From contig OZ252149.1 in assembly GCA_965248755.1 (NCBI GenBank), forward strand, positions 2,066,295-2,130,294: a stretch of 64,000 nucleotides of DNA, read 5' to 3'. The notes beneath the pieces were generated by a model. That model saw nothing but the letters and a program-made list of their open reading frames with translations. It was not told where the DNA came from and did not search any database. Below, one piece after another: positions 29,298 to 39,695 of this stretch. A program made the position numbers and the translations under genes. The stretch is from Candidatus Latescibacterota bacterium. GTDB lineage: Bacteria; Latescibacterota; CBDEFO01. The first letter of the stretch is position 1. Each line of letters opens with the position of its first letter.

Positions 29298-32194
29298 CTA
29301 TACTTTCTGACAGTACCTCTTACACATATCGCCTCGGCGTGGACATCGGCGGCACATTTACTGATATAATGCTTATGGATGACCGGACCGGAAAGCTAAT
29401 AATCGAGAAGGTTCCCACCACGGCAGAAGATCCATCTGTAGCCGTAGTAGATGGTCTTTCCGACATCCTCAAGGAAAATGCAATATCCCCCCAGGACATA
29501 GCCAACGCCATACACGGCACCACACTCGTTACGAACGCCATTATAGAGAGGAGGGGAGCAAAGGCAGGCCTTATAACCACAGAGGGCTTTAGAGACGCCC
29601 TGGAGATAGGAAGAGAAAGGCGGTACGACATATACGACCTTTTTCTCGAACTGCCAGAACCCCTGATCCCCAGATATCTGAGATGCGAAATAGATGAGAG
29701 GCTCGATAGCGAGGGGAACGTCATGAAAGAGCCCGATGGCGATGAAGTCTCAGAAAAGATCGAATACCTGCTGTCCCAGGCCGTGGAGGCGATAGCTGTC
29801 TGTCTCCTCCATTCCTACCGAAATCCCGCTCACGAGGTTGCCGTAAGGGATGCCATAGCTAAAATCGCACCCGAGATGTCAGTATCCCTCTCATCTGACG
29901 TCGTGCCTGAGATAAGAGAGTACGAAAGGACATCCACCACAGTCGCCAACGTTTACGCCAAGCCCCTCTGTGAGAGATATCTCGGCTCTCTTCAATCTGA
30001 ATTGAAAGACCTCGGGGTTCAAAGCGATCTGTATATAATGCTTTCCAACGGGGGGATAGCCACCTGCGAGACAGCCGGAGAGTTCCCGGTAAGAATAGTG
30101 GAATCTGGTCCCGCAGCAGGTGCACTCGCCGCTGTCTTCTACGGTAAACTTACAGATACGCCTGACATAATCTCATTCGACATGGGAGGCACTACCGCCA
30201 AGACCTGCATCATAACTGACAATCTCCCAACATATACCACCGATTTCGAGATCGCACGCGTCCACCGGTTCAAAAAGGGCAGCGGACTGCCCATAAAGGT
30301 ACCGGTCATAGAGATGATCGAAATAGGGGCAGGCGGCGGGAGCATCGCCTCGATAGACAAGATGGGACTCTTGAAGGTCGGTCCCCAAAGTGCAGGATCA
30401 GATCCCGGTCCTGTCTGCTGCGATAGAGGCGGAGATGATCCCACAGTCACAGACGCAGACCTAATCCTCGGTTACCTCAACCCCGACTACTTCCTCGGCG
30501 GCAGGATGAAGCTGAACGTTCAAAAGGCCGTGGACGCTATACGGACTAAAATAGCAGAACCCCTCGGATTAGGTCTGGCTCACGCCGCTTTCGGAATTCA
30601 TCAGGTAGTAAACGAGAACATGGCCAACGGCTCAAGAATACACGCCGTCGAAAAGGGCAAAGATCTCAGAAGGTACGTCCTTGCGGCGTTCGGAGGGGCC
30701 GGTCCTGTGCACGCCTCTCGGATCGCTGAAAAGCTCAGAATAGAAAAGATAATAGTCCCCCTTGCCGCCGGAGCCACGTCTGCCTTCGGCTTATTGACCG
30801 CCCCGATCTCCTTCGATTTGGTGCGCACGTACATTTCTTCCCTTGGGGAACTCGATATAGATCGACTCAATAGTAAATTCGGCGATATGGAAAGGTCAGT
30901 CCTGAGTCTGCTTGAAAACGCCAGAGTCCCGGAACAAGATGTAATCATAATCAGGTCAGCCGACATGCGCTACAAGGGACAGGGCTTCGAGATCAATGTC
31001 CTTGTACCTTCGGGAGAGATAACCTCCGAGGCGATTCCAACTTTGCAGAGAGCCTTTGAAGAAGAATACCTCAGGAACTACAAGAGACTGAATAGGGGGT
31101 TTGAGATAGAAGCCCTGAACTGGAGAGTGTTCGCATCTGGACCCAAGCCCGAGGTTAAACTAAACTTTCATACGCCCTTGCAGGGCAGCTTAGACGACGC
31201 CCTTAAGTCCCGTCGGAAGGTCTATTTCGACGAGTACGGAGAATACATAGACTGTCCTGTCTACGACCGATACGCTCTCGCCCCCGGATCCAGCTTCAAA
31301 GGCCCAGCCATTGTGGAGGAGAGGGAATCCACGGCGGTAGTCTGCCCTCAATGGGAGGCACATACGGATCGATACAACAACCTTATTATGACCCGATGCG
31401 ATCCCCGATTGAATCTATCGGGGAGCAAAAAAGACGTCGCAAGGACTCAGTTCGGAAGACAGGCCGAGCGATACGCCCATAGCTCCGTTCACGCAAGTGG
31501 TGAGACGCTCTCTGCAATCGTACAGTTGGCCGGTCCGACCCGCAAAGACAAAAGCCTGGACGTAGCCACAGGCACAGGCTTCACCGCCTTCGCCGTAGCG
31601 GAATCGGCAGGATCCGTTATTGCCACGGACATAACTCCTCCCATGCTCGACCAGGCGAGGAAGATAGCAGAGGAACGTCGTATTTCCAACGTGATCTTTC
31701 AACTTGCCGATTCGGAGAATCTCCCCTTTAAGGATCGAACCTTCGATATTGTAACCTGCCGAAGTGCGCCCCATCACTTCGGGGATGTCCCCGCATTTCT
31801 CATGGAATCGGCAAGGATCTTAAGACGGGGCGGACGCCTCGTCGTATCCGACCCATCCTCGCCTGAAGACGATGAAATTGACCGATGGATCAATAGGTTG
31901 GAATCGATCCGCGACCCCTCGCATGTGAGAATGTATCGTCCCACAGAATGGAAGAGCATGCTCGAAGGAGCCGGACTCATTCTTAAAGATGAACTCCTCA
32001 GCGTTTCTTACGACCAGACCTTTGTCCGATGGACAGACAGAGCCGGAGTCGGCTCCAAAGTTAAAGAAAAGCTCAAAGAGATGTTTCTGAACGCCCCCGA
32101 CAAGGTAAAGGCCGCCTTCGGAATCGAATGCGACAGTGACGACATAAAATTTCGCTGGAACGCATACGTCTTCAGAGCTGAAAGAGAAGACTGA
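29294..32194 (+). CDS. hydantoinase A / oxoprolinase-family (HyuA) protein fused in-frame to a C-terminal class I SAM methyltransferase
   Basis: Residues 1 to about 695 are Hydantoinase_A-like (DIGGTFTD..., GPAIVEERESTAVVCP). Residues about 700-966 are Methyltransf_11-like (LDVATGTGFTAFA, ARILRRGGRLVVSD). The junction is encoded by the hairpin repeat at 31403..31423 (RCDPRLNLSGS). Confidence 0.75.
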   Translation: MTILSDSTSYTYRLGVDIGGTFTDIMLMDDRTGKLIIEKVPTTAEDPSVAVVDGLSDILKENAISPQDIANAIHGTTLVTNAIIERRGAKAGLITTEGFRDALEIGRERRYDIYDLFLELPEPLIPRYLRCEIDERLDSEGNVMKEPDGDEVSEKIEYLLSQAVEAIAVCLLHSYRNPAHEVAVRDAIAKIAPEMSVSLSSDVVPEIREYERTSTTVANVYAKPLCERYLGSLQSELKDLGVQSDLYIMLSNGGIATCETAGEFPVRIVESGPAAGALAAVFYGKLTDTPDIISFDMGGTTAKTCIITDNLPTYTTDFEIARVHRFKKGSGLPIKVPVIEMIEIGAGGGSIASIDKMGLLKVGPQSAGSDPGPVCCDRGGDDPTVTDADLILGYLNPDYFLGGRMKLNVQKAVDAIRTKIAEPLGLGLAHAAFGIHQVVNENMANGSRIHAVEKGKDLRRYVLAAFGGAGPVHASRIAEKLRIEKIIVPLAAGATSAFGLLTAPISFDLVRTYISSLGELDIDRLNSKFGDMERSVLSLLENARVPEQDVIIIRSADMRYKGQGFEINVLVPSGEITSEAIPTLQRAFEEEYLRNYKRLNRGFEIEALNWRVFASGPKPEVKLNFHTPLQGSLDDALKSRRKVYFDEYGEYIDCPVYDRYALAPGSSFKGPAIVEERESTAVVCPQWEAHTDRYNNLIMTRCDPRLNLSGSKKDVARTQFGRQAERYAHSSVHASGETLSAIVQLAGPTRKDKSLDVATGTGFTAFAVAESAGSVIATDITPPMLDQARKIAEERRISNVIFQLADSENLPFKDRTFDIVTCRSAPHHFGDVPAFLMESARILRRGGRLVVSDPSSPEDDEIDRWINRLESIRDPSHVRMYRPTEWKSMLEGAGLILKDELLSVSYDQTFVRWTDRAGVGSKVKEKLKEMFLNAPDKVKAAFGIECDSDDIKFRWNAYVFRAERED

Positions 32195-32195
32195 T

Positions 32196-33887
32196 ATGGA
32201 AAAATTAGACCCCATACAATTAGAAGTCCTCTGGAACAGGCTGATCTCCATCACACAGGAGCAGGCCGCCGCTCTGATACGGTCGTCCTTCACCACGGTC
32301 GTGAGAGAGGCGGAGGACATATCGGCCGGGGTGTTCGACACGAGGGGCAACATGGTAGCCCAGGCGATCACGGGGACTCCGGGCCATATAAATAGCATGG
32401 CAAACGCAGTCAGATTCTTCCTTGAGAGGTATCCTTTAGAGTCCCTCAGACCCGGAGACACGCTCATTAGCAACGATCCCTGGCTTACGTCGGGACATCT
32501 CAACGACATCACTGTAGTCACTCCTACTTTCAAAGGTGACAGACCTGTAGGTCTCTTTGCGAACATCTGCCACGCTATGGACATTGGCGGAAGGACGATG
32601 GGAGCCGATGCCCGCGAGGTCTTCGAAGAGGGACTCTACATCCCTGTTATGAAGCTCTGCAACAAGGGTGAATTCGATCAGACCTTAATTAGACTCATCC
32701 GGGCTAACGTCCGAGTCCCTGACCTGGTAATGGGTGATATAACCGCCCAGGTATCGGCCAACGAAGTCGGTTCTGAAAAACTTTCTGAGTGCATGGACGA
32801 ATATGGTCTCGATACCATCGAGCCCCTATCAGATGCGATAATCGATCGCTCGGAAGAGGCCATGAGAGATGCTATATCAGAGATCCCGAACGGCACGTAT
32901 AGAGATGAAATACGCATGGACGGCTTCGACGAAGACATAATCGTCAAAGTGGCCATAACCGTCGAGGACAGAGACATCAACGTGGACTACACGGGGACGT
33001 CTCAAGAATCCGACAGGGGCATAAACGTGGTGTTCAACTACTGCCACGCCTACACCACATATCCGCTCAAGTGCGCTGTCAACCCCGAAGTCCCCAACAA
33101 CGAAGGAAGCTTCAGACCCGTGACGGTCCATGCTCCCGAAGGTTGCATACTCAACGCCCTGTGGCCTGCACCAGTAAGCGGAAGACACATACTCGGACAC
33201 TTCCTCTACGGTGCTATCTTCGGCGCCCTTTCCAAGGTCATGCCCGAAAGGGTCACAGCCGAAGGCTCGTCCAACTTATGGAACACGCAGTTTGACGGAT
33301 ACGATCAAAATGGTCAGAAGTTTGCATACATCTACTTTTCATCGGGAGGGACAGGCGCCCGCCCCACCTCAGATGGTATCTCCGCTGCGGCATTCCCCAG
33401 CGGCGTCCTCGGAGTCCCGGCCGAGGTCATAGAGAACGTATCCCCGCTCTTTATGAAAAGGCGGGAGCTCATCTCCGACTCAGGCGGACCCGGTAAATTC
33501 AGGGGCGGCCTCGGACAGAAGATGGTCATAAGCGTAAGGAGCGACAGGCCCGCCGTACACTCCTGTATGTACGACCGCATAAAGAATCCGGCCAGAGGGT
33601 TTGCAGGTGGCAGTCCCGGAAGACCCGGAAGCTTTTATCTTTCCCATGGAACTTATCCACATCCAAAACGTAGGTACGTATTGGAGCCCGGAGTCGAAGT
33701 CCATCTGGACCTCCCCGGCGGGGGCGGCTTCTACCTGCCTTCTGAAAGGGACGCCGAAATGGTCCTAAAAGACGTGATAAACGGACTCGTCTCCGTAAAG
33801 AGCGCAAAAGAGGACTACAAAGTGTGGATAGATGAGAAGGCTATGACTATAGATTACGAAAAGACGGAGCAACTACGCTTAAAGTAG
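32196..33887 (+). CDS. hydantoinase B / oxoprolinase-family (HyuB) protein
   Basis: 563 aa. The N-terminus (DPIQLEVLWNRLISITQEQAAALIRSSFTTVVREAEDISAGVFD) is typical of Hydantoinase_B. Overlapping stop/start with the upstream gene. Confidence 0.9.
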   Translation: MEKLDPIQLEVLWNRLISITQEQAAALIRSSFTTVVREAEDISAGVFDTRGNMVAQAITGTPGHINSMANAVRFFLERYPLESLRPGDTLISNDPWLTSGHLNDITVVTPTFKGDRPVGLFANICHAMDIGGRTMGADAREVFEEGLYIPVMKLCNKGEFDQTLIRLIRANVRVPDLVMGDITAQVSANEVGSEKLSECMDEYGLDTIEPLSDAIIDRSEEAMRDAISEIPNGTYRDEIRMDGFDEDIIVKVAITVEDRDINVDYTGTSQESDRGINVVFNYCHAYTTYPLKCAVNPEVPNNEGSFRPVTVHAPEGCILNALWPAPVSGRHILGHFLYGAIFGALSKVMPERVTAEGSSNLWNTQFDGYDQNGQKFAYIYFSSGGTGARPTSDGISAAAFPSGVLGVPAEVIENVSPLFMKRRELISDSGGPGKFRGGLGQKMVISVRSDRPAVHSCMYDRIKNPARGFAGGSPGRPGSFYLSHGTYPHPKRRYVLEPGVEVHLDLPGGGGFYLPSERDAEMVLKDVINGLVSVKSAKEDYKVWIDEKAMTIDYEKTEQLRLK

Positions 33888-34008
33888 GGGAGAACCCATC
33901 AGATAGTAGCCGGAGAGGTGGAGCAGCGATCCACGAAGTGGTTCGCCCAAATTTAAAGGGCAGACACACGGGTCTGCCCCTACCCACTTATTAGGAGACC
34001 GATCCCCT

Positions 34009-35484
34009 ATGATTTTCCGCAGTCTTACTATCGCCATAGTTCCAGTCTTAGCATTTTTCTCGTGTGTTTCCGCGCAAAAAGTTAAACTCGACCTGTATGA
34101 AATGAGCCTCTGTCCCCACTGTGCAGAGGCGGAAAGGGTTATCCATCGGGTTATACAAGACCTTTCGGGATACATCAACTTTGACCTGTACTACGTGGCA
34201 GATTTAAGAGAAGACGGAACGATAGAGAGCCTCAGGGGAGAAGAGGAAGTAAACGAGGACCTTCGCCGCATAGCCATTTGGGAACTCTATGCCGAAAAAT
34301 TCTGGGACTATACACAGCTGAGAAATGTCACTGTTCCAGAGGCTCCCTGGCAGGAATCGGCTCTGAAAGTTGAGATCGCTCCTAAACAAATTGAAGCCTA
34401 CATCGAAAGTGGTAAAGCCGAAGAGAGCTTGCGATCGCACATATCGAGGACCGACAGTCTCAAAATCTTCGATTCTCCGACCATCTATATAGACGGAAAA
34501 CCCTACGAAGATTCTATAGAACGGTTCGCTCTCCTCAAGGCCATCTGCGCAAGATTAGATTATGAACCGCTAGCCTGCAAATCCGTCCCCACGTGTTCCC
34601 GAGACGCGGACTGCTTAAAAGAGGGCTACATCGGGACCTGCCTAAAGCCGGGGACTTTGGAATCCAGATGCATTTACGAGAAGACCAGACCTATCCCTCT
34701 GACGATCGTCTATCACAAAGATGCGCACTTCACCAACGAAGCCCAGATCGTCCAGTCCACAAAGGTACTCTTCCCTGGGGTACGGATCAGGAGAGTTTCC
34801 CACAACTCCTACGAGGGCAAACTACTCATCATACAACACAACCTAAGGAAGCTTCCCGCCTACATATTCGGAGAGGGACTGCTTGAGGACAAGAACTTCC
34901 CTCAGATCAAGAGTAGGATCTATGAGAGCCGGGGTGTTTATCTTATCTTCCCTGAAGCCGTCGGAGCGTCTGTTCTGATCGAAAGAGAAAGGACTCCCGG
35001 GCGGGCTGACATCTTCGTTTCGAGCGTCTCCTCAAGAGCGTTAGGAGTCATCAGAGATACAATGGCACACATGGAGGGCTATGAAGGACCCCAAAACGTC
35101 TACATCCACTACGTAACCCGAAAGAATAGAGATGGCGAACTTGTCGCCGGCGGCGGCAGATACGAAGTTGAAGAATCGATAAGACAGCTTGTAGTCAACA
35201 AGTTCTATGCTGAAAAATATCCGGAATATATAAGGGCCAAGATTCGGTCCGGGGGAAGCTCGTACTGGGAGGAGACTGTAGAAGCCGTAGGCCTGGATCC
35301 TGATACGATAAAGGCAATAGCAAGAAGCGAAACCGGGCTATCGCTCCTTAAAGAGGACGCCCGGCTATCTGAAGAACTCGGCATAACTGGCGAAATAGTC
35401 TTTCTGATAGACAACCAGGAACTGGTCACCATCGCTGAAAAAGAACAACTCCAAACTATCTTAAACTACATTTTTCCAAGGTAA
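34009..35484 (+). CDS. secreted DsbA-family (thioredoxin-fold) protein, two DsbA-like domains
   Basis: Signal peptide. CPHC active-site motif in domain 1. C-terminal ELGITGEIVFLIDNQ resembles the DsbA C-terminal motif. Confidence 0.5.
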   Translation: MIFRSLTIAIVPVLAFFSCVSAQKVKLDLYEMSLCPHCAEAERVIHRVIQDLSGYINFDLYYVADLREDGTIESLRGEEEVNEDLRRIAIWELYAEKFWDYTQLRNVTVPEAPWQESALKVEIAPKQIEAYIESGKAEESLRSHISRTDSLKIFDSPTIYIDGKPYEDSIERFALLKAICARLDYEPLACKSVPTCSRDADCLKEGYIGTCLKPGTLESRCIYEKTRPIPLTIVYHKDAHFTNEAQIVQSTKVLFPGVRIRRVSHNSYEGKLLIIQHNLRKLPAYIFGEGLLEDKNFPQIKSRIYESRGVYLIFPEAVGASVLIERERTPGRADIFVSSVSSRALGVIRDTMAHMEGYEGPQNVYIHYVTRKNRDGELVAGGGRYEVEESIRQLVVNKFYAEKYPEYIRAKIRSGGSSYWEETVEAVGLDPDTIKAIARSETGLSLLKEDARLSEELGITGEIVFLIDNQELVTIAEKEQLQTILNYIFPR

Positions 35485-35584
35485 TAGACAGCGTACAGAG
35501 CAGGTCTGCTTCCTTGCGAAAAACAACGACGGTAAATACGGATGGGAGCAGGTGCCGCTTTCTACTGACTACGAGCTTGCTTGG

Positions 35585-35775
35585 CTGTCCCCGACCCCCA
35601 ATTGAATCTAATGGGGGCTCAATCGGAGATCGCAGTGACGTTGCGTGGCTTATACCTTAAATCATGGAGCGCTCTTTCTTTTTGTCATTGCGAGGTGCCA
35701 AACCCTGAAGCAATCTCACCTGTCCACTGAATAGACAAGAATCTCTGTTTTACTGTCTACTGATTTTTCAAGTTC
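35585..35775. repeat. composite repeat copy (hairpin variant CCCCCAATTGAATCTAATGGGGG, a GTCATTGCGAGG...CTGAAGCAATCTCACC module, and TACTGTCTACTG)
   Basis: Matches to the family modules. Intergenic. Confidence 0.6.
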
Positions 35776-36782
35776 TATTTCACTCTTGAGATCAACTCTT
35801 GAGTAAACTCAGTCGTGCTCAAATTTCCCCCCAGGTCGCGAGTACTTTTCCCCTCCTTCAGAAGATCCCAAAGGCAGTCCTTTACAGTATTGGCGGTCTG
35901 GACTTCATGCAGATGCTCAATGAGCATCGTTAAAGCTAAAAAGGCTGCCGTAGGATTTGCAACGTCCTTTCCCGCTATATCAGGAGCTGTCCCTCCCACA
36001 GGATCGAACATAGCAAAACGCACGCGCCCTTTGCTGTCAAAGGCATACGACCCGCTTGCCCCAAGCCCAATTGAGCCCACAAGCCCGCACGCCATATCGG
36101 ATAGAAAATCTCCGTATTCGTTGGGGACAACTATAACATCGAAGTCCTGGGGATTCAGGATAATCTCGGCTAAAAGGGCATCGAAAAGTTCAACTCTATA
36201 TTCCACATCGGGATAGTCTTTGGCCACGTCCGCCACTACCTTTTGAAAGAGGCCATCTGTGGCTTTCTGGATAGTATACTTAGAGGACGATGTCACTGTT
36301 TTCCCTGTCTTCCGCGCCAGTTCAAAAGCATAGATCGCAGCCTTTCTGCAGGGATCCTTTTCGATGATCCTGATTGAGACGGCGCCATCTTTTCCTATCA
36401 ATATTCCGGGGTCTTCGTACGTCCCTCCCGTCGCCACCCGTATAACATCCAGCTTTAGCGCCTTTTTGAAATTGCTCTGCACTCCGGGGATCGTAGCCAC
36501 CGGGCGATGGATCAGGCTGAAGTCGAACATCCGCCTCAAGACAACGTTAGGGCTTTTCTTTTGTGTTATCGTCGGATATTTTAGAGCCACTTTCGTCATT
36601 TTTATAGAGTCGTGGGCTCTGTCATATATCTTTCTGTCCTCCTGCTCTCGCCTTTCTACACTCAGATCCACAGGGAAAAACTTCAGTTCCACAGGTAAAG
36701 CGTCTGATAACGTTTGGACTGCTCGTCTCAGTTCATCCGATATACCGTCTCCCAGGAACTCCGTAACCTGATGAGTTATCAT
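35775..36782 (-). CDS. isocitrate/isopropylmalate dehydrogenase family protein
   Basis: 335 aa. NEYGDFLSDMACGLVGSIGLGASG matches the Iso_dh signature (N.YGDILSD...GslGl.pSa). Confidence 0.8.
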   Translation of the reverse strand: MITHQVTEFLGDGISDELRRAVQTLSDALPVELKFFPVDLSVERREQEDRKIYDRAHDSIKMTKVALKYPTITQKKSPNVVLRRMFDFSLIHRPVATIPGVQSNFKKALKLDVIRVATGGTYEDPGILIGKDGAVSIRIIEKDPCRKAAIYAFELARKTGKTVTSSSKYTIQKATDGLFQKVVADVAKDYPDVEYRVELFDALLAEIILNPQDFDVIVVPNEYGDFLSDMACGLVGSIGLGASGSYAFDSKGRVRFAMFDPVGGTAPDIAGKDVANPTAAFLALTMLIEHLHEVQTANTVKDCLWDLLKEGKSTRDLGGNLSTTEFTQELISRVK

Positions 36783-37396
36783 CAGATATCCTTTACAGTA
36801 TCCCTGTAGGCATCTCCAATAATCTGCCAGTCCTGGTACATCATCTTCTTTTTAGCCTTTATGGTTTCGGGATCTCCGTATAGAGCGCTGGCAGGGTTAA
36901 ACGTTAGAAACGTCTTGTACTCCTTATCCTTTGTCTGGGTCACGTACCAGCCCCTCAGTTCCTCAAGCTTCCCCTGTAAATTAAGCAGATGGAGCATAGG
37001 GAGTCTTCCCATCGCCACTGCAAAAGTAGGATCCACCAATTCTATCTCTGTTATAAGCCTATCGTGACAGGCTCTTATCTCTGAAACCCTTGGCGATCTA
37101 TCGTTGGGAGCCCGGCACAACACTACATTTGTGAGATATGCGTCACTCTTGGGGATTTCCACTTTAGGCGCCGCAAGGATCTTGTCCAAAAGCTCGCCAG
37201 CGGATCCGCTAAAAGGTATCCCTGTTGCCTCATCGTTCCTGACCGGTCTTTCTGCTACAAGGAGCACCTTCGAATGGGGGAAGCCCCACCCGAACACCAC
37301 TTTTTTCCTGCTCTTATGCAGATCGCATAGTTCGCAATTCTTATAGTTCCTCTCAAGCTCACGAAGTGTTAGTCTATTCATCACACATAAACCCAA
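36782..37396 (-). CDS. uracil-DNA glycosylase, family 4
   Basis: CELCDL...VVFGWG...VLLVAERPVRNDEATGIPFSGSAGELLD...NVVLCRAPNDRSP. These are the family 4 UDG motifs with the Fe-S Cys residues. Confidence 0.85.
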   Translation of the reverse strand: MGLCVMNRLTLRELERNYKNCELCDLHKSRKKVVFGWGFPHSKVLLVAERPVRNDEATGIPFSGSAGELLDKILAAPKVEIPKSDAYLTNVVLCRAPNDRSPRVSEIRACHDRLITEIELVDPTFAVAMGRLPMLHLLNLQGKLEELRGWYVTQTKDKEYKTFLTFNPASALYGDPETIKAKKKMMYQDWQIIGDAYRDTVKDI

Positions 37397-37849
37397 ATTG
37401 AAAATATGTAGCGCCTGAACTCTTATAACTTAACAGCTGTTGGGGATGTCCCTCCACAGAGGAAGCACAACTCGGCTTAAAGTTCTGAGTAGCCGAGAAG
37501 TCCCATCCTACGAAGAAATTCACTTTGAAGTTTCCCCCCCGAAGTTCCTGCTGATCACACTTGCCGGACCATAAACTGTCAGCGTCTTAAACCTTAAGTA
37601 GTAGTAAACCATGGCTCTTGGAGCACTACTGTCGCCCTCGATTGGGCGATACGCTCTGCAAAGAGGAACCCCTTTTCCGCCTCACTCGGAAACGACACGC
37701 CCTTTGCTTCAGAAGTCACCGGACGTATTTTATATATTCCCCGAAAAGAACGTGCACCCACATCTCGTACAGCCTTCGTTAAAGAACAGTACCAAGAAAG
37801 ACTCTACTTCATGCAAATTAAAGAGGACAAGCTAGAAAGTCAAGCAAAA

Positions 37850-38960
37850 AAGCTAACTAGACGAAACAAACAGAAAGATATATCTATCGAATAATCGTCC
37901 GGTAAAGGCACATGATATGCACTCTTGACATAGTTAGAGAGTCGAGAGTCGAGAGTCAAGATTGGGAAGTTAAAAAGTTGAGGGTCGAGGTTTTCTGTGC
38001 GTTCGTGTTGGGCGGCTATTTGTAAAGTGGTTTTGAAGTCTTTGTAGCTATTATGTCTTTGGGTATTGAACAGCCATTGATAGGTTTGGAGTTTTAGACA
38101 GAGGTTGGAACGGTTGATAGTCTTGATGGTGTCGTAGAATTCATATTCGATTAGGCCGTGGGCGCGTTCTACATCGGATTGGTGGGTAGTTGCTCCAGGT
38201 GGGATGCGTTTATGTTTTACTCCTTGTCGTTCGATAAGGATGGTAAAGAGGGTCTTTTTGAGGGCATCCTTCTGTATTGACGAATTGGCTGCCGTTGTCG
38301 GTTTGGATCTTTCGTGGATAGACCTTGTGGTCTTCCAGGTGTTGGAGTAATGCTTCGGCGAAGATGCAGGAGTTGATGAGGGTCTGTTCGTCTGCCAGGC
38401 TTACAAAAAGAGCCCCTGTTTTGACGTCTCTGGCAGTATACTGGAACATAGGGAGTTGGGCACCTGTTTTGTAGTGTTGTTTCAGGTAGTTGGGGATGTC
38501 GCACAGATGTTTGACATCGATCTGGATATGTTCATAGGGACGTAATTTCTTCTCGCACTGGTAAGCCAGCACTTTTCTTTTCCACTTTCGTTTACGTCTT
38601 TTAAAGAGATCATGCTTATCTAGTTAGCCTAAGCAGTCGGTTTGGAAGGTATTTGACTGACTTGAACATTGTGTGTTCGGAGGAAACCTGGTAGATATGG
38701 GTATCCCAAACAAGCATAGACCTGTCGGAACTCTACAAAAAGCTATTTGATTTTCTTTGGGAAGGCATATTAAGGTTTATTGGTGCTTTGGTGTCATTTG
38801 GTAGACTCTTGATGGATCGATCTTGTCGATAGCAGTTGAGCTACTTTCTGACGCTCTGGACCACCTTTTTCGCAGCTCGACAGGATTACGATTAAGAACA
38901 AGAACATCGCTATAAGTGATTGCATTCTCCATGGTATCTACCCTCCTTTTTTCAGTCCTC
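37850..38960 (-). mobile_element. IS481-family transposase gene remnant (fragmented and frameshifted)
   Basis: ORF 38210..38572 contains HIQIDVKHL...YTARDVKTGALFVS...IQTDNGSQF (DDE motifs). The C-terminal part (KTLFTILIERQGVKHKRIPPGATTHQSDVERAHGLIEYEFY) is in another frame. There is no intact N-terminal HTH. A (GAGAGTC)x3 repeat lies at 37937..37957. Confidence 0.55.
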
Positions 38961-39229
38961 ACCTAAATATAGGCAAAATTATCCCGTGAGGGTGGATACC
39001 ATGTGCCTTTACTCTTCTAAAATCACAATTTCTCACTTGACTTAAACCCACAGCTATCTTATCTTTTAAACCTTAACCCTTTTCCCCAAAAAAGTTCTTC
39101 GACCACTTCGCCACTTCGTGCCCCCTGCAAAAAGGGGGTCGCAGCGACGCACGCAGTGCCCACGCTACCTTTGGGGAGGACCTTCAAAGCCCAAAATTAC
39201 ATTCTATAAAGTTAAGGAGCTAGAAAGCC

Positions 39230-39613
39230 ATGCTCACAGATTATGCAGGTGTACTTATCTTCCTTACGGTCGGGACACTCTTTATTTTGGTAAGTCTGAC
39301 TTTAGCCAGAATCTTCCGCGCTAATGATCCGACACCTGAAAAGCTGACGCCCTACGAGTGCGGCGAGGAACCTGAGGGCGGAGCCTGGATACAGTTCAAC
39401 ATAAGGTTTTACATTATAGCTTTGATTTTCATAATATTCGACGTAGAGATCGTCTTCCTCTTCCCCTGGGCTGTGGTCTACAAGAGTCTGGGCTTTTTCG
39501 CCCTTGTGGAGATGATGATCTTTGTATCTATACTCCTTGTGGGGCTTGCCTATGTCTGGAAGAAAGGTGACCTTGAATGGGTCAAGCCTCAGTCGCCTTA
39601 TGGAAACAAGTAG
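39230..39613 (+). CDS. nuoA: NADH-quinone oxidoreductase subunit A
   Basis: 127 aa with 3 TM helices. PYECGEEP and FDVEIVFLFPWAVV motifs. Confidence 0.9.
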   Translation: MLTDYAGVLIFLTVGTLFILVSLTLARIFRANDPTPEKLTPYECGEEPEGGAWIQFNIRFYIIALIFIIFDVEIVFLFPWAVVYKSLGFFALVEMMIFVSILLVGLAYVWKKGDLEWVKPQSPYGNK

Positions 39614-39620
39614 ACAGTAG

Positions 39621-39643
39621 CCCACGATAGATTCAATCGGGGG
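39621..39643. repeat. hairpin repeat copy (CCCACGATAGATTCAATCGGGGG) between nuoA and nuoH
   Basis: Family match. Confidence 0.6.
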
Positions 39644-39695
39644 TAGAAAGAGGCGACACTTCCTATCCCTTTACCGTTTACTAATGTAGAGAAAT

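Noticed and set aside
33071-33807. Arg/Pro-rich ORFs on both strands inside hyuB (33071..33295, 33211..33432, 33526..33807)
   Set aside because: Embedded in a well-supported 563-aa Hydantoinase_B gene. Typical GC-rich off-frame artefacts.
37400-37900. Possible structured ncRNA (SRP RNA, tmRNA or RNase P) in the 500-bp gap between ung and the IS481 remnant
   Set aside because: None of the hallmark motifs are visible: no SRP GGAAGCAGCCAAGGCAG, no tmRNA tag ORF or TΨC-like 3-prime end, no RNase P GGAAAGTCCGGGCT. More likely decayed IS flank.
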